A model generated the notes under the pieces. The model worked only from the letters and a program-made list of their open reading frames with translations. It did no database searches and was not told where the DNA came from. A DNA stretch of 32,000 nucleotides. Origin: Horticoccus luteus. Its GTDB lineage: Bacteria > Verrucomicrobiota > Verrucomicrobiia > Opitutales > Opitutaceae. The stretch is taken from NCBI RefSeq assembly GCF_019464535.1, contig NZ_CP080507.1, positions 360,001 through 392,000 on the forward strand, read 5' to 3'. The position numbers and the translations under genes are program-made. This document shows, piece after piece, positions 25,226 to 32,000 of this stretch; position 1 is the stretch's first letter; each line of letters opens with the position of its first letter.

Positions 25226-25635
25226 ATCACCACGCCGTCTTCGAGGCGCTCGATCACGGCTTCGACTTCGCGGGCGCCGGGCTCGGTCTGGGCGAAATCC
25301 AAAGGCGTGCGGCCGCCGAGCGCAGGGAGCGTGGAATTGAGCCACTGCCGGGTGTTGTCGTGAGTGGCGAAAAGCTGACGCGCCCGATCGTAAACTCGCA
25401 TGATGCGCACCGCGCGCTCGCCCTCCGGCACCTTCAGGCGGGAACGGGCGGCGACGCGCCGCGCATACGTGCGCGGCGGGATGTGAATGAGCCGGGCGAG
25501 CTCGTCGACGGTGAAACCGACCTCCTGGCCGAACTTCACGACATCGAGCACCGGCAGGCCCTCCTCGACCTTCTGGGCCATCGCGGCATTATCGTGCACG
25601 TGGCTGTAATCGACCGGGACCTTGTGGGATTTCAT
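25222..25635 (-). CDS. Xre-like antitoxin with C-terminal DUF2384-type domain (ParS/MbcA-like)
   Basis: HTH-like FTVDELARLIHIPPRTYARRV. The C-terminal ATHDNTRQWLNSTLPALGGRTPLDFAQTEPGAREVEAVIERLEDGV is typical of RES-antitoxins. The start is uncertain: ATG at 25665, 25635 or 25581. Confidence 0.8.
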   Translation of the reverse strand: MKSHKVPVDYSHVHDNAAMAQKVEEGLPVLDVVKFGQEVGFTVDELARLIHIPPRTYARRVAARSRLKVPEGERAVRIMRVYDRARQLFATHDNTRQWLNSTLPALGGRTPLDFAQTEPGAREVEAVIERLEDGVVM

Positions 25636-25677
25636 GGGAGAAACGTGGGGTGGCTGGGCGGGCATTGCAAATGTAAT

Positions 25678-25691
25678 CTGCCAAATGGCAG
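25678..25691. promoter_or_regulatory. Palindrome CTGCCAAATGGCAG upstream of the TA operon (candidate antitoxin operator)
   Basis: 6-bp perfect arms with a 2-nt centre, in a locally AT-rich patch with a TACATT -10-like hexamer directly downstream on the coding strand (plus 25670-25675). A palindrome of this size alone is not statistically rare in 32 kb. Confidence 0.35.
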
Positions 25692-25916
25692 GAACGCGGT
25701 AGCCAAACGCCGCGATGTGTTTTTACGAGGAAAACCGCGGCGCTCCGCGAAATGTCAGGGCTTGAGGGAGCGTCGGGTAGTGGTTTCGGCGTCTGAAGGA
25801 CGGCGGGGCAGAGCAAGGTTCTCGCGCGCGTTGTCCAGGGTCCGCTGGGAGATGCGACCGAGGCTGGCGCAGAGGAGGCTTTGCGAAATGCCTCACGACG
25901 CATCTCCTTTTTCGCC

Positions 25917-26939
25917 ATGAAGAAAATCGGTTTCCTGTCCTTCGGTCATTGGACGCCATCACCCCAGTCGCAGGCGCGGTCGGCGGCGGACGTGCTGTTG
26001 CAGTCCATCGACCTCGCGGTGGAGGCTGAGCGCTTGGGCGTGGATGGAGCTTACTTTCGAGTGCACCATTTCGCCCGGCAACTGGCGTCGCCGTTTCCCT
26101 TGCTGGCGGCCGTGGGTGCGCGGACGCGGAAGATCGAGATCGGCACGGCGGTCATCGACATGCGTTATGAGAATCCGCACTACATGGCGGAGGATGCGGG
26201 CGCGGCTGATCTGATCGCGGGCTCGCGATTGCAATTGGGAATCAGCCGCGGCTCGCCGGAGCAGGTGATCGAAGGCTGGCGTCATTTCGGCCATCAACTC
26301 ACGGACGGGGAGAACGATGCGGACATGGGACGCCGGCACGCCGAAACGTTTTTGGGGCTGCTCGACGGCCGGGGGTTTGCGCAGCCCAACCCGCGTCCGA
26401 TGTTCGCCAATCCGCCCGGACTATTGCGGCTCGAACCGTTTTCTGCGGGTTTGCGGGAGCGGATCTGGTGGGGCTCGGCGACCAACGCCACGGCGATCTG
26501 GGCCGCGCAACGCGGGATGAATTTGCAGAGCTCGACTCTCAAATTTGACGAGTCGGGGGAGCCGTTGCACGTGCAGCAAGCCGCGCAGATTCGGGCTTTC
26601 CGCAAAGCGTGGACTGATGCGGGCCACACCCGCGAGCCCCGCGTGTCGGTGAGCCGTAGCATTTTTGCGCTCATGGATGATCGTGATCGTGCTTACTTCG
26701 GGAGGGACGAAGAACAGCAGGATCAGATTGGTTTTCTGGATGCGACGACGCGGGCGGTTTTCGGGCGCGGCTACGCCGCGGAACCGGATGTGCTGATCGA
26801 GCAGCTCCGCCAGGATGAAGCCATCGCGGCAGCCGACACCCTTCTGCTGACGATTCCCAACCAACTGGGTGTGGCATATAACGTGCACGTGCTGGAGGCC
26901 ATTCTCTCGCATGTGGCCCCGGGACTGGGCTGGCGGTGA
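25917..26939 (+). CDS. LLM-class (luciferase-like) flavin-dependent oxidoreductase
   Basis: ATG 25917 (MKKIGFLSFGHW). Contains GVDGAYFRVHHF, IEIGTAVIDMRYENP and LQLGISRGSPE. Confidence 0.75.
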   Translation: MKKIGFLSFGHWTPSPQSQARSAADVLLQSIDLAVEAERLGVDGAYFRVHHFARQLASPFPLLAAVGARTRKIEIGTAVIDMRYENPHYMAEDAGAADLIAGSRLQLGISRGSPEQVIEGWRHFGHQLTDGENDADMGRRHAETFLGLLDGRGFAQPNPRPMFANPPGLLRLEPFSAGLRERIWWGSATNATAIWAAQRGMNLQSSTLKFDESGEPLHVQQAAQIRAFRKAWTDAGHTREPRVSVSRSIFALMDDRDRAYFGRDEEQQDQIGFLDATTRAVFGRGYAAEPDVLIEQLRQDEAIAAADTLLLTIPNQLGVAYNVHVLEAILSHVAPGLGWR

Positions 26940-27085
26940 GTGGCCGCCGGCAGGAGGCTCTCGAGGTTTTGGGGCGGGGCGTCGTTGGCGCGGGGCGTAT
27001 GAAAGCGGTTGCACAAACGACTGCGATTGGCGGCCTGCGGGGAAGCCTCGCTTGCAAGCGCGCCGGTGGCGGCTAGAGGTGCGGC

Positions 27086-27625
27086 GTGCAAGTCACGATC
27101 CGCCACATCTTCATTTCGCCGGGGCATAATTTTTTCGGGCATTACGGGCAAGCGGCGGGGACACATGAGATCGTGGACGTGCGTGAGGTGGCGTGTCGCG
27201 CAGGGTGGGGGCTGGAAGGTGATCGGTTTTACGGGTATCGTCCGGACTACAAGGGGCAGGTGACGTTTTTCGATTGGGCGATCTATGAGGAGGCGAAGGA
27301 AAAATTTCGCGTGCCCGCGCTGCGGCCGCAGGCATTTCGGCGCAACGTGTTGATCGAAGGCGTGGACATCAACGAGCTGATCGGAAAGCGCTTCGAGGTC
27401 GGTGGCGTGGCGTTCGAGGGGGCGTGCGAATCGCGGCCGTGTTTTTGGATGGACGGAGCGGTGGCGCCGGGCGCGGAGGAGTGGTTGCGCGGCAACGGCG
27501 GGTTGCGGGCGAAGATTTTGCGCGACGGGACGCTGGTGGCGGGCGCGGGGGAGTTGCGCGTGACGGGAGACGCGCCGACGACGGGACAGGCGGCGCTGGC
27601 GTTTGCGAAACCGGCGCTGGAGTGA
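27086..27625 (+). CDS. MOSC domain-containing protein
   Basis: The GTG start is preceded by agaggtg (SD-like). Contains GLEGDRF, FRRNVLIEGVDINELIGKRFEVGGVAFEGACESRPC (conserved Cys context) and GGLRAKILRDG. Confidence 0.75.
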   Translation: MQVTIRHIFISPGHNFFGHYGQAAGTHEIVDVREVACRAGWGLEGDRFYGYRPDYKGQVTFFDWAIYEEAKEKFRVPALRPQAFRRNVLIEGVDINELIGKRFEVGGVAFEGACESRPCFWMDGAVAPGAEEWLRGNGGLRAKILRDGTLVAGAGELRVTGDAPTTGQAALAFAKPALE

Positions 27626-27731
27626 AGGCAGCGAGGCGGCGCGCGGGCGGCGCTTGTTGCGAGGCGGGGGAGCCGCGCGCGGGAGCGCACGGCCCACCTC
27701 GTTAATCTAACGCGATGATTCGAGGCCGCGC

Positions 27732-28679
27732 TTACTTCCCCGACTTCTGCAGCAGGTGCTCCAGTTTGATGATGTCGGCGGTGAACGTGCGGATGCCTTC
27801 GGCGAGTTTGTCGGTCGCCATCGCGTCTTCGTTCAGGGCGAAGCGGAAAGACTTTTCGTCGTAGGTCACGCGTTCGATCTTGGCGTCCTTCGCGGCGGCG
27901 GGATCGAGTTTGCGTTCCACGGGATCGGTGGACGCCGCGAGTTCACCGAGGAAGTTGGGCGAGATGGTGAGCAGGTCGCAGCCGGCGAGTTCGAGAATTT
28001 CGCCTTTATTGCGGAAGCTGGCGCCCATGATTTCGGTCGGGTGGCCGAATTTTTTGTAGTAGGCGTAGATCTCGGTGACGGATTTCACGCCGGGGTCTTC
28101 GGCCGGGGCGTAATCTTTGCCGGTGCTCTTTTTATACCAATCGAGAATGCGGCCGACGAAGGGCGAGATGAGTTTCACACCGGCATCGGCGCAGGCGACG
28201 GCTTGGGGAAACGAGAAGAGGAGCGTGAGGTTGCAGTTGATCTTTTCGCGCTGGAGCAGTTCGGCGGCGCGGATGCCTTCCCACGTGGAGGCGACTTTGA
28301 TGAGGATGCGCTCGCGGGGGATGCCGGCCTTTTCGTAGAGGGCGATGATTTCACGGGCCTTGGCGACGGAGCCATCGCGGTCGAAGGAAAGGCGGGCGTC
28401 GACTTCGGTCGACACCCGGCCGGGGACGATTTTGAGGATTTCGAGGCCGAAGAGGACCAGGAGGCGATCGATGACGGCAGTGACGGGGGCGCCGGAGCCG
28501 GCATCCTGGATGGCTTTCTCGATGAGACCGGCGTTTTCGGCGGAGCCGGCGGCTTTGAGGATAAGGCTGGGGTTGGTCGTCGCATCCTGCGGCGTGAATT
28601 GCTTCATGGCTTTGAAGTCGCCGGTATCGGCGACGACTTTGGTGAAGCGTTTCAGTTGTTCGAGTTGCGTAGCGGCCAT
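27732..28679 (-). CDS. tal: Transaldolase (TalB type)
   Basis: ATG 28679 ([22 protein letters not shown]). Contains [23 protein letters not shown] and [59 protein letters not shown], nearly collinear with E. coli TalB as I recall it. Confidence 0.95.
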   Translation of the reverse strand: MAATQLEQLKRFTKVVADTGDFKAMKQFTPQDATTNPSLILKAAGSAENAGLIEKAIQDAGSGAPVTAVIDRLLVLFGLEILKIVPGRVSTEVDARLSFDRDGSVAKAREIIALYEKAGIPRERILIKVASTWEGIRAAELLQREKINCNLTLLFSFPQAVACADAGVKLISPFVGRILDWYKKSTGKDYAPAEDPGVKSVTEIYAYYKKFGHPTEIMGASFRNKGEILELAGCDLLTISPNFLGELAASTDPVERKLDPAAAKDAKIERVTYDEKSFRFALNEDAMATDKLAEGIRTFTADIIKLEHLLQKSGK

Positions 28680-28710
28680 GAGTGATTGGAGGTTAAGGTG
28701 AATGAGAAAT

Positions 28711-30123
28711 TCAAGGTAGGTCGGAAGGGAGGGCGCGCAAATAGTTTTCGAGCCAAGCCACCGCGCCGACTTCATCGGTGAAGGCGCCATCGAGTTGGGC
28801 TTCGAATGCGGCGTCGAGCACGGGCTTGAAAGGAGGGCCGGGCGCATGGCCGAGTTGCACGAGGTGGCGGCCGAGGAGGAGGGGGCGAGGGGCCGAGGCG
28901 CCGAGAGCGAGGCGTTGCGAATGCGCACGCATTTCGCCGATCAACGCGAGAGTGGGCGCGGGATCGACGGGCGGGCGGCCGCAGGCGTCGGCGATCATCA
29001 CGAGCGCGAGTTCGTTGATGGTGGCGGGGGCGAGGCGGCGGGCGAGGCGTCGGATCTGGGCGTCGGTGTAGCCGTCGCCGGGTTGGGTATTCTGGTGCGC
29101 GTGGTGACAGAGGACGAGTTGGGCGACGACCGGCGGCAGGTCGTGCGGCGCGCCGAGACGGGAGAGAAACGCCAGGGCGAGCGGCCCGCCCGCGGAGTCG
29201 TGGCCGGGACTGATCCAGTGCATCGCGCCGCGTTTGTCGGCGAAAACGGTGGTGGAGGGTTTGCCGAAATCGTGCGCGAGGACGGCGAAGCTGAGGAGGC
29301 GGCGCGTGGCGGGGGGAGCATCGCGCCAGCCGGGCTCGGTGACGAGGGCATCGAGGCAAAGCTGCGTATGCGTAAACACGTCGCCCTCGGGGTGCCACGC
29401 GGGATCCTGTGGCGTGCCGCGGAGCGCGGCGAGTTCGGGAAAGTGTGCGAGCCAACCGGTCTGCTCGAGGACGTCGAGGCCGCGCGAGGGTTTGGCGGCT
29501 TTGGTGGCCCACTTGTCCCATTCGGCCCAGACGCGCTCGACGGGGAGTTCGGGGAAGGTGCCGGCAATGGAGCGGCAGAGCGCGGCGGTTTCGGGCGCGA
29601 GGGAAAAATCGAAGCGGGCGGCGAATTGAAACGCGCGGAGGACGCGCAACGGATCTTCGGTGAAGGCGGCGCTGGTGTGACGAAGGATGCCGGCGCGGAG
29701 GTCGCGTTCGCCGCCGTGGGGATCGATCAGGGCGCCGGTGAAGGGATCGCAGGCGATGGCGTTGATCGTGAAATCGCGACGGGCGGCGGCGTCGGCATCG
29801 CTGAGGTTGGGCTCGGGCTGAACGGCGAAACCGCGGTGTCCGGCGCCGGTTTTGGATTCGCGGCGGGGGAGGCTGAAATCGTATTCCGCGCCGCGCGGAC
29901 CGCGGACTTTGATGACGCCGAAGCTGCGGCCGATGATGTCCGTCGCGCCGAAGGGGGCGAGCGCGCGCTGGAGAGTTTCGAAATCGACGCCGGCGACCTC
30001 GACGTCGAAGTCCTTGGCGTCGCGGCCAAGCAGCCAATCACGCACGCCACCGCCGACGAGACGCGGCCGGCCGACGCGGCGCACCGCTTCGAGGATGGCG
30101 CGAAGGTCGGCGGGAAGATTCAT
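28711..30123 (-). CDS. cca: CCA-adding tRNA nucleotidyltransferase with HD domain
   Basis: ATG 30123 overlaps the DUF423 stop (ATGA). Contains [46 protein letters not shown] and the HD context VLAHDFGKP. The ORF extension to 30726 was rejected. Confidence 0.85.
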   Translation of the reverse strand: MNLPADLRAILEAVRRVGRPRLVGGGVRDWLLGRDAKDFDVEVAGVDFETLQRALAPFGATDIIGRSFGVIKVRGPRGAEYDFSLPRRESKTGAGHRGFAVQPEPNLSDADAAARRDFTINAIACDPFTGALIDPHGGERDLRAGILRHTSAAFTEDPLRVLRAFQFAARFDFSLAPETAALCRSIAGTFPELPVERVWAEWDKWATKAAKPSRGLDVLEQTGWLAHFPELAALRGTPQDPAWHPEGDVFTHTQLCLDALVTEPGWRDAPPATRRLLSFAVLAHDFGKPSTTVFADKRGAMHWISPGHDSAGGPLALAFLSRLGAPHDLPPVVAQLVLCHHAHQNTQPGDGYTDAQIRRLARRLAPATINELALVMIADACGRPPVDPAPTLALIGEMRAHSQRLALGASAPRPLLLGRHLVQLGHAPGPPFKPVLDAAFEAQLDGAFTDEVGAVAWLENYLRALPSDLP

Positions 30124-30515
30124 GCGCCGCTGGAAGCCGGGCGGGGTGAGTTGTTCCAGAAAAGGAGCAGCAGCCAGCCGACGAGAAAGCAGACGCCGCC
30201 GAGCGGGGTCAGGTAGACGACGAAGTACGGGCCCGAGAACGAATACCAATAGAGTGAACCGGAAAACAGGACGATACCGGCGGCCCAGAAAGCGGCGATC
30301 CAACAGGCGAGCCGGCGCGGTTGCACAGCGGCGAGCACGGCGAGGGCGAGTAGTGCGACGGCATGCAGCAGGTGATAGTGGACCGCGGTCTGCCACGTCT
30401 CCAAGTGGCCGAGTTCGATCAGGCGGCCGCGGAGGGCGTGGGCGCCAAACGCGCCGAGACCAACACCGCTCGCGCCAGCCAGCGCACTCGAAATGAAAGG
30501 GAGTCGTGAGATCAT
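30120..30515 (-). CDS. DUF423 (YgdD-like) small membrane protein
   Basis: 131 aa with four hydrophobic helices. GLGAFGAHAL and HYHLLHA are motifs typical of DUF423. Confidence 0.75.
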   Translation of the reverse strand: MISRLPFISSALAGASGVGLGAFGAHALRGRLIELGHLETWQTAVHYHLLHAVALLALAVLAAVQPRRLACWIAAFWAAGIVLFSGSLYWYSFSGPYFVVYLTPLGGVCFLVGWLLLLFWNNSPRPASSGA

Positions 30516-30579
30516 GAGAAAAAAGTGAGAAGAAGCGGAGGCGCAGGGTTGTCGGCGCGGGCGAGGGTCGCAAACTCGA

Positions 30580-31275
30580 ATGATGCGTTGCGTCTATTGG
30601 ATGGGATCTTTGCTCGCGCTGTTCAGCGCGGCGGGGCAGACGCGCGCGGCCGATGTGGCGGTGAGCGGCGAAGCGACTTGGGCGAGCCGTTATGTTTTTC
30701 GCGGCGAGGCATGGGGTGGCGCGCAACTACAGCCCGCGGTGAATTTGGCGAAAGGAGCGTGGTCGGGCGGCGTGTGGGCGAGTCAATCGTTGGCGAGAGC
30801 CGATGCGCCGGAGGTGGATGCCTATGGAAGTTATGGCGCGAGTTGGGGCGCGACGGCGCGCATGGAGGCGGGCGCGACGCTTTATCACCGCGCGGCGGCC
30901 GACGGGGCGGCGGGCTGGCAAACGACGGCGGAGCCCTACGTCGCGGCGAGTTTCACGACGGGGAGTGGAGTGACACCGGGCGCGACGTTATTCTACAACG
31001 CGATGCGGGACGCGTGGACCGGGCAGGCGCAGGCGGCTTATGCGCTCCCGCTCGCGCGGTGGGGCGCGACGATCGACGGTGCGGCAACGGCGGGGCGGAC
31101 GTGGGCGGCGGAAAGCAACGGCGGGGCGCATAGTTTTGGCAGCGTGGGGCTGACGTTGCGTTATCAGGTGATGCGGTGCCAGATTTCCGTGGGCGGACAA
31201 CTGGCGGTGGCCGAGCGGCGCGGGGCGTGGCATTCGGCGGGTGTGGCGAGCCTTGGGGTGCGTTACGAATTTTGA
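30580..31275 (+). CDS. Outer-membrane beta-barrel of the TorF/Gcw_chp-like family
   Basis: Signal peptide MMRCVYWMGSLLALFSAAGQTRA. Contains ASRYVFRGEAWGG and GGVWASQ, alternating beta-strand patterns, and a C-terminal LGVRYEF with a terminal aromatic residue. Confidence 0.65.
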   Translation: MMRCVYWMGSLLALFSAAGQTRAADVAVSGEATWASRYVFRGEAWGGAQLQPAVNLAKGAWSGGVWASQSLARADAPEVDAYGSYGASWGATARMEAGATLYHRAAADGAAGWQTTAEPYVAASFTTGSGVTPGATLFYNAMRDAWTGQAQAAYALPLARWGATIDGAATAGRTWAAESNGGAHSFGSVGLTLRYQVMRCQISVGGQLAVAERRGAWHSAGVASLGVRYEF

Positions 31276-31377
31276 GGAGGAGCGTCGGGTTTGGGATCAG
31301 GAAAGGGAAATCCCGGCACGAGAGAAAAGCGGGGTTGACACGTCTTCGATTAACCCTACCAGTTGGCCCCTTTTCCA

Positions 31378-31806
31378 ATGAAAACGTTCCTCGCCAAGAA
31401 GGAGACGGTGCAACCCAAATGGTATCTCATCGATGCCGAAGGGGAAGTGCTCGGACGTCTCGCGGTGAAGGCCGCCAATATCATCCGCGGCCGTCACAAA
31501 GCTACTTACACTCCGAGTGTCGATACCGGCGATTACGTCGTGATTGTGAATGCGAACAAAGTTGTTCTCACCGGCCGCAAGGAGGAGAATAACGAGTTTA
31601 TGTTTTTCTCCGGCTTCGTGGGCGGCGAGAGCTATCGCAAGCTGTCATCCGTGCGTGAGCGCCACCCGGAATTCATCATCGAGCACGCCGTGAAAGGCAT
31701 GCTGCCGAAGAACCGTCTGGCCGCCAAGATGCTGACGAAGCTCCGCGTATTTGCGGGTGCCGAGCACACGCACGAAGCGCAGAACCCCGAAAAGATTTCC
31801 GTTTGA
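31378..31806 (+). CDS. rplM: 50S ribosomal protein L13
   Basis: ATG 31378 (MKTFLAKKETVQPKWYLIDAEGEVLGRLA). Contains RGRHKATYTPSVDTGDYVVIVNA and KGMLPKN. The TTG-initiated extension from 31363 was rejected. Confidence 0.95.
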   Translation: MKTFLAKKETVQPKWYLIDAEGEVLGRLAVKAANIIRGRHKATYTPSVDTGDYVVIVNANKVVLTGRKEENNEFMFFSGFVGGESYRKLSSVRERHPEFIIEHAVKGMLPKNRLAAKMLTKLRVFAGAEHTHEAQNPEKISV

Positions 31807-31813
31807 TCCGCCC

Positions 31814-32000
31814 ATGAGCACCATCGCCGCCAACGTATTTACCGGCACCGGCCGCCGCAAAACCTCGACCGCCCGCGTGCGGATCACCGAGGGTTCGGGC
31901 AAGCTGACCGTCAACGATCGCGAGTTCGAAGACTATTTCTCGCACGATAACTTTGCCAAGCAGGCCTACGCGCCGCTCCTGACCGCGCAATTGCGCGAGA
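31814..32000 (+). CDS. rpsI: 30S ribosomal protein S9, N-terminal part (3' end outside window)
   Basis: ATG 31814 lies 7 nt after the rplM stop. MSTIAANVFTGTGRRKTSTARVRITEGSGKLTVN matches the S9 N-terminal signature GTGRRK.S.ARV. Confidence 0.9.
   Translation, partial: MSTIAANVFTGTGRRKTSTARVRITEGSGKLTVNDREFEDYFSHDNFAKQAYAPLLTAQLRE

Noticed and set aside
31335-31340. Perfect TTGACA hexamer 38 nt upstream of rplM, considered as a -35 element.
   Set aside because: At 16-18 nt spacing the best -10 candidate is TACCAG, a poor match. The promoter consensus for this lineage is unknown to me, so I cannot support a promoter call.

Overview
High-GC (about two-thirds G+C by eye), densely coding bacterial chromosomal segment with about 31 protein genes. 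I found no rRNA, tRNA, CRISPR array, transposase or integrase by eye. Many long ORFs in the six-frame track are antisense or out-of-frame artefacts of the GC bias (Arg/Pro/Gly-rich translations) and are not reported as genes. The gene content and the scarcity of Shine-Dalgarno motifs give an impression of a Verrucomicrobiota/Opitutales-like organism, but this is unverified.

Gene order:
- partial membrane/transporter protein
- ankyrin-repeat protein
- long PLP-dependent Cys/Met-family enzyme
- minus-strand operon: one secreted protein, one decayed and four intact BamE-like lipoprotein paralogues
- ArsN2-like GNAT
- orphan Cys-rich protein
- DJ-1/PfpI, EamA exporter and GNAT cluster
- sugar-phosphate isomerase/epimerase
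- a sixth, dispersed BamE-like lipoprotein
- GH4 glycosidase
- katG
- DEAD-box helicase with an N-terminal Arg/Gly/Ser-rich region
- S41 peptidase translationally coupled to a two-domain lipoprotein
- small lipoprotein
- cytoplasmic GH20-like hydrolase
- RES toxin / Xre-DUF2384 antitoxin pair
- LLM oxidoreductase
- MOSC protein
- DUF423-cca-tal operon
- TorF-like beta-barrel
- start of the rplM-rpsI operon

The window looks like core chromosome with scattered accessory genes, not a mobile island.

Best candidates for something undescribed:
1. The secreted-protein plus BamE-like lipoprotein birth-and-death array (4368-7750).
2. The S41 protease with its ATGA-coupled tandem-domain lipoprotein (18923-21801), a possible protease-adaptor pair.
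3. A 16-bp perfect inverted repeat / triple-motif element in the 308-nt spacer at 24450-24757.
4. Recurrent pyrimidine/T-rich tracts in place of SD motifs upstream of many start codons.

All family assignments come from motif recognition by eye. No searches were run.
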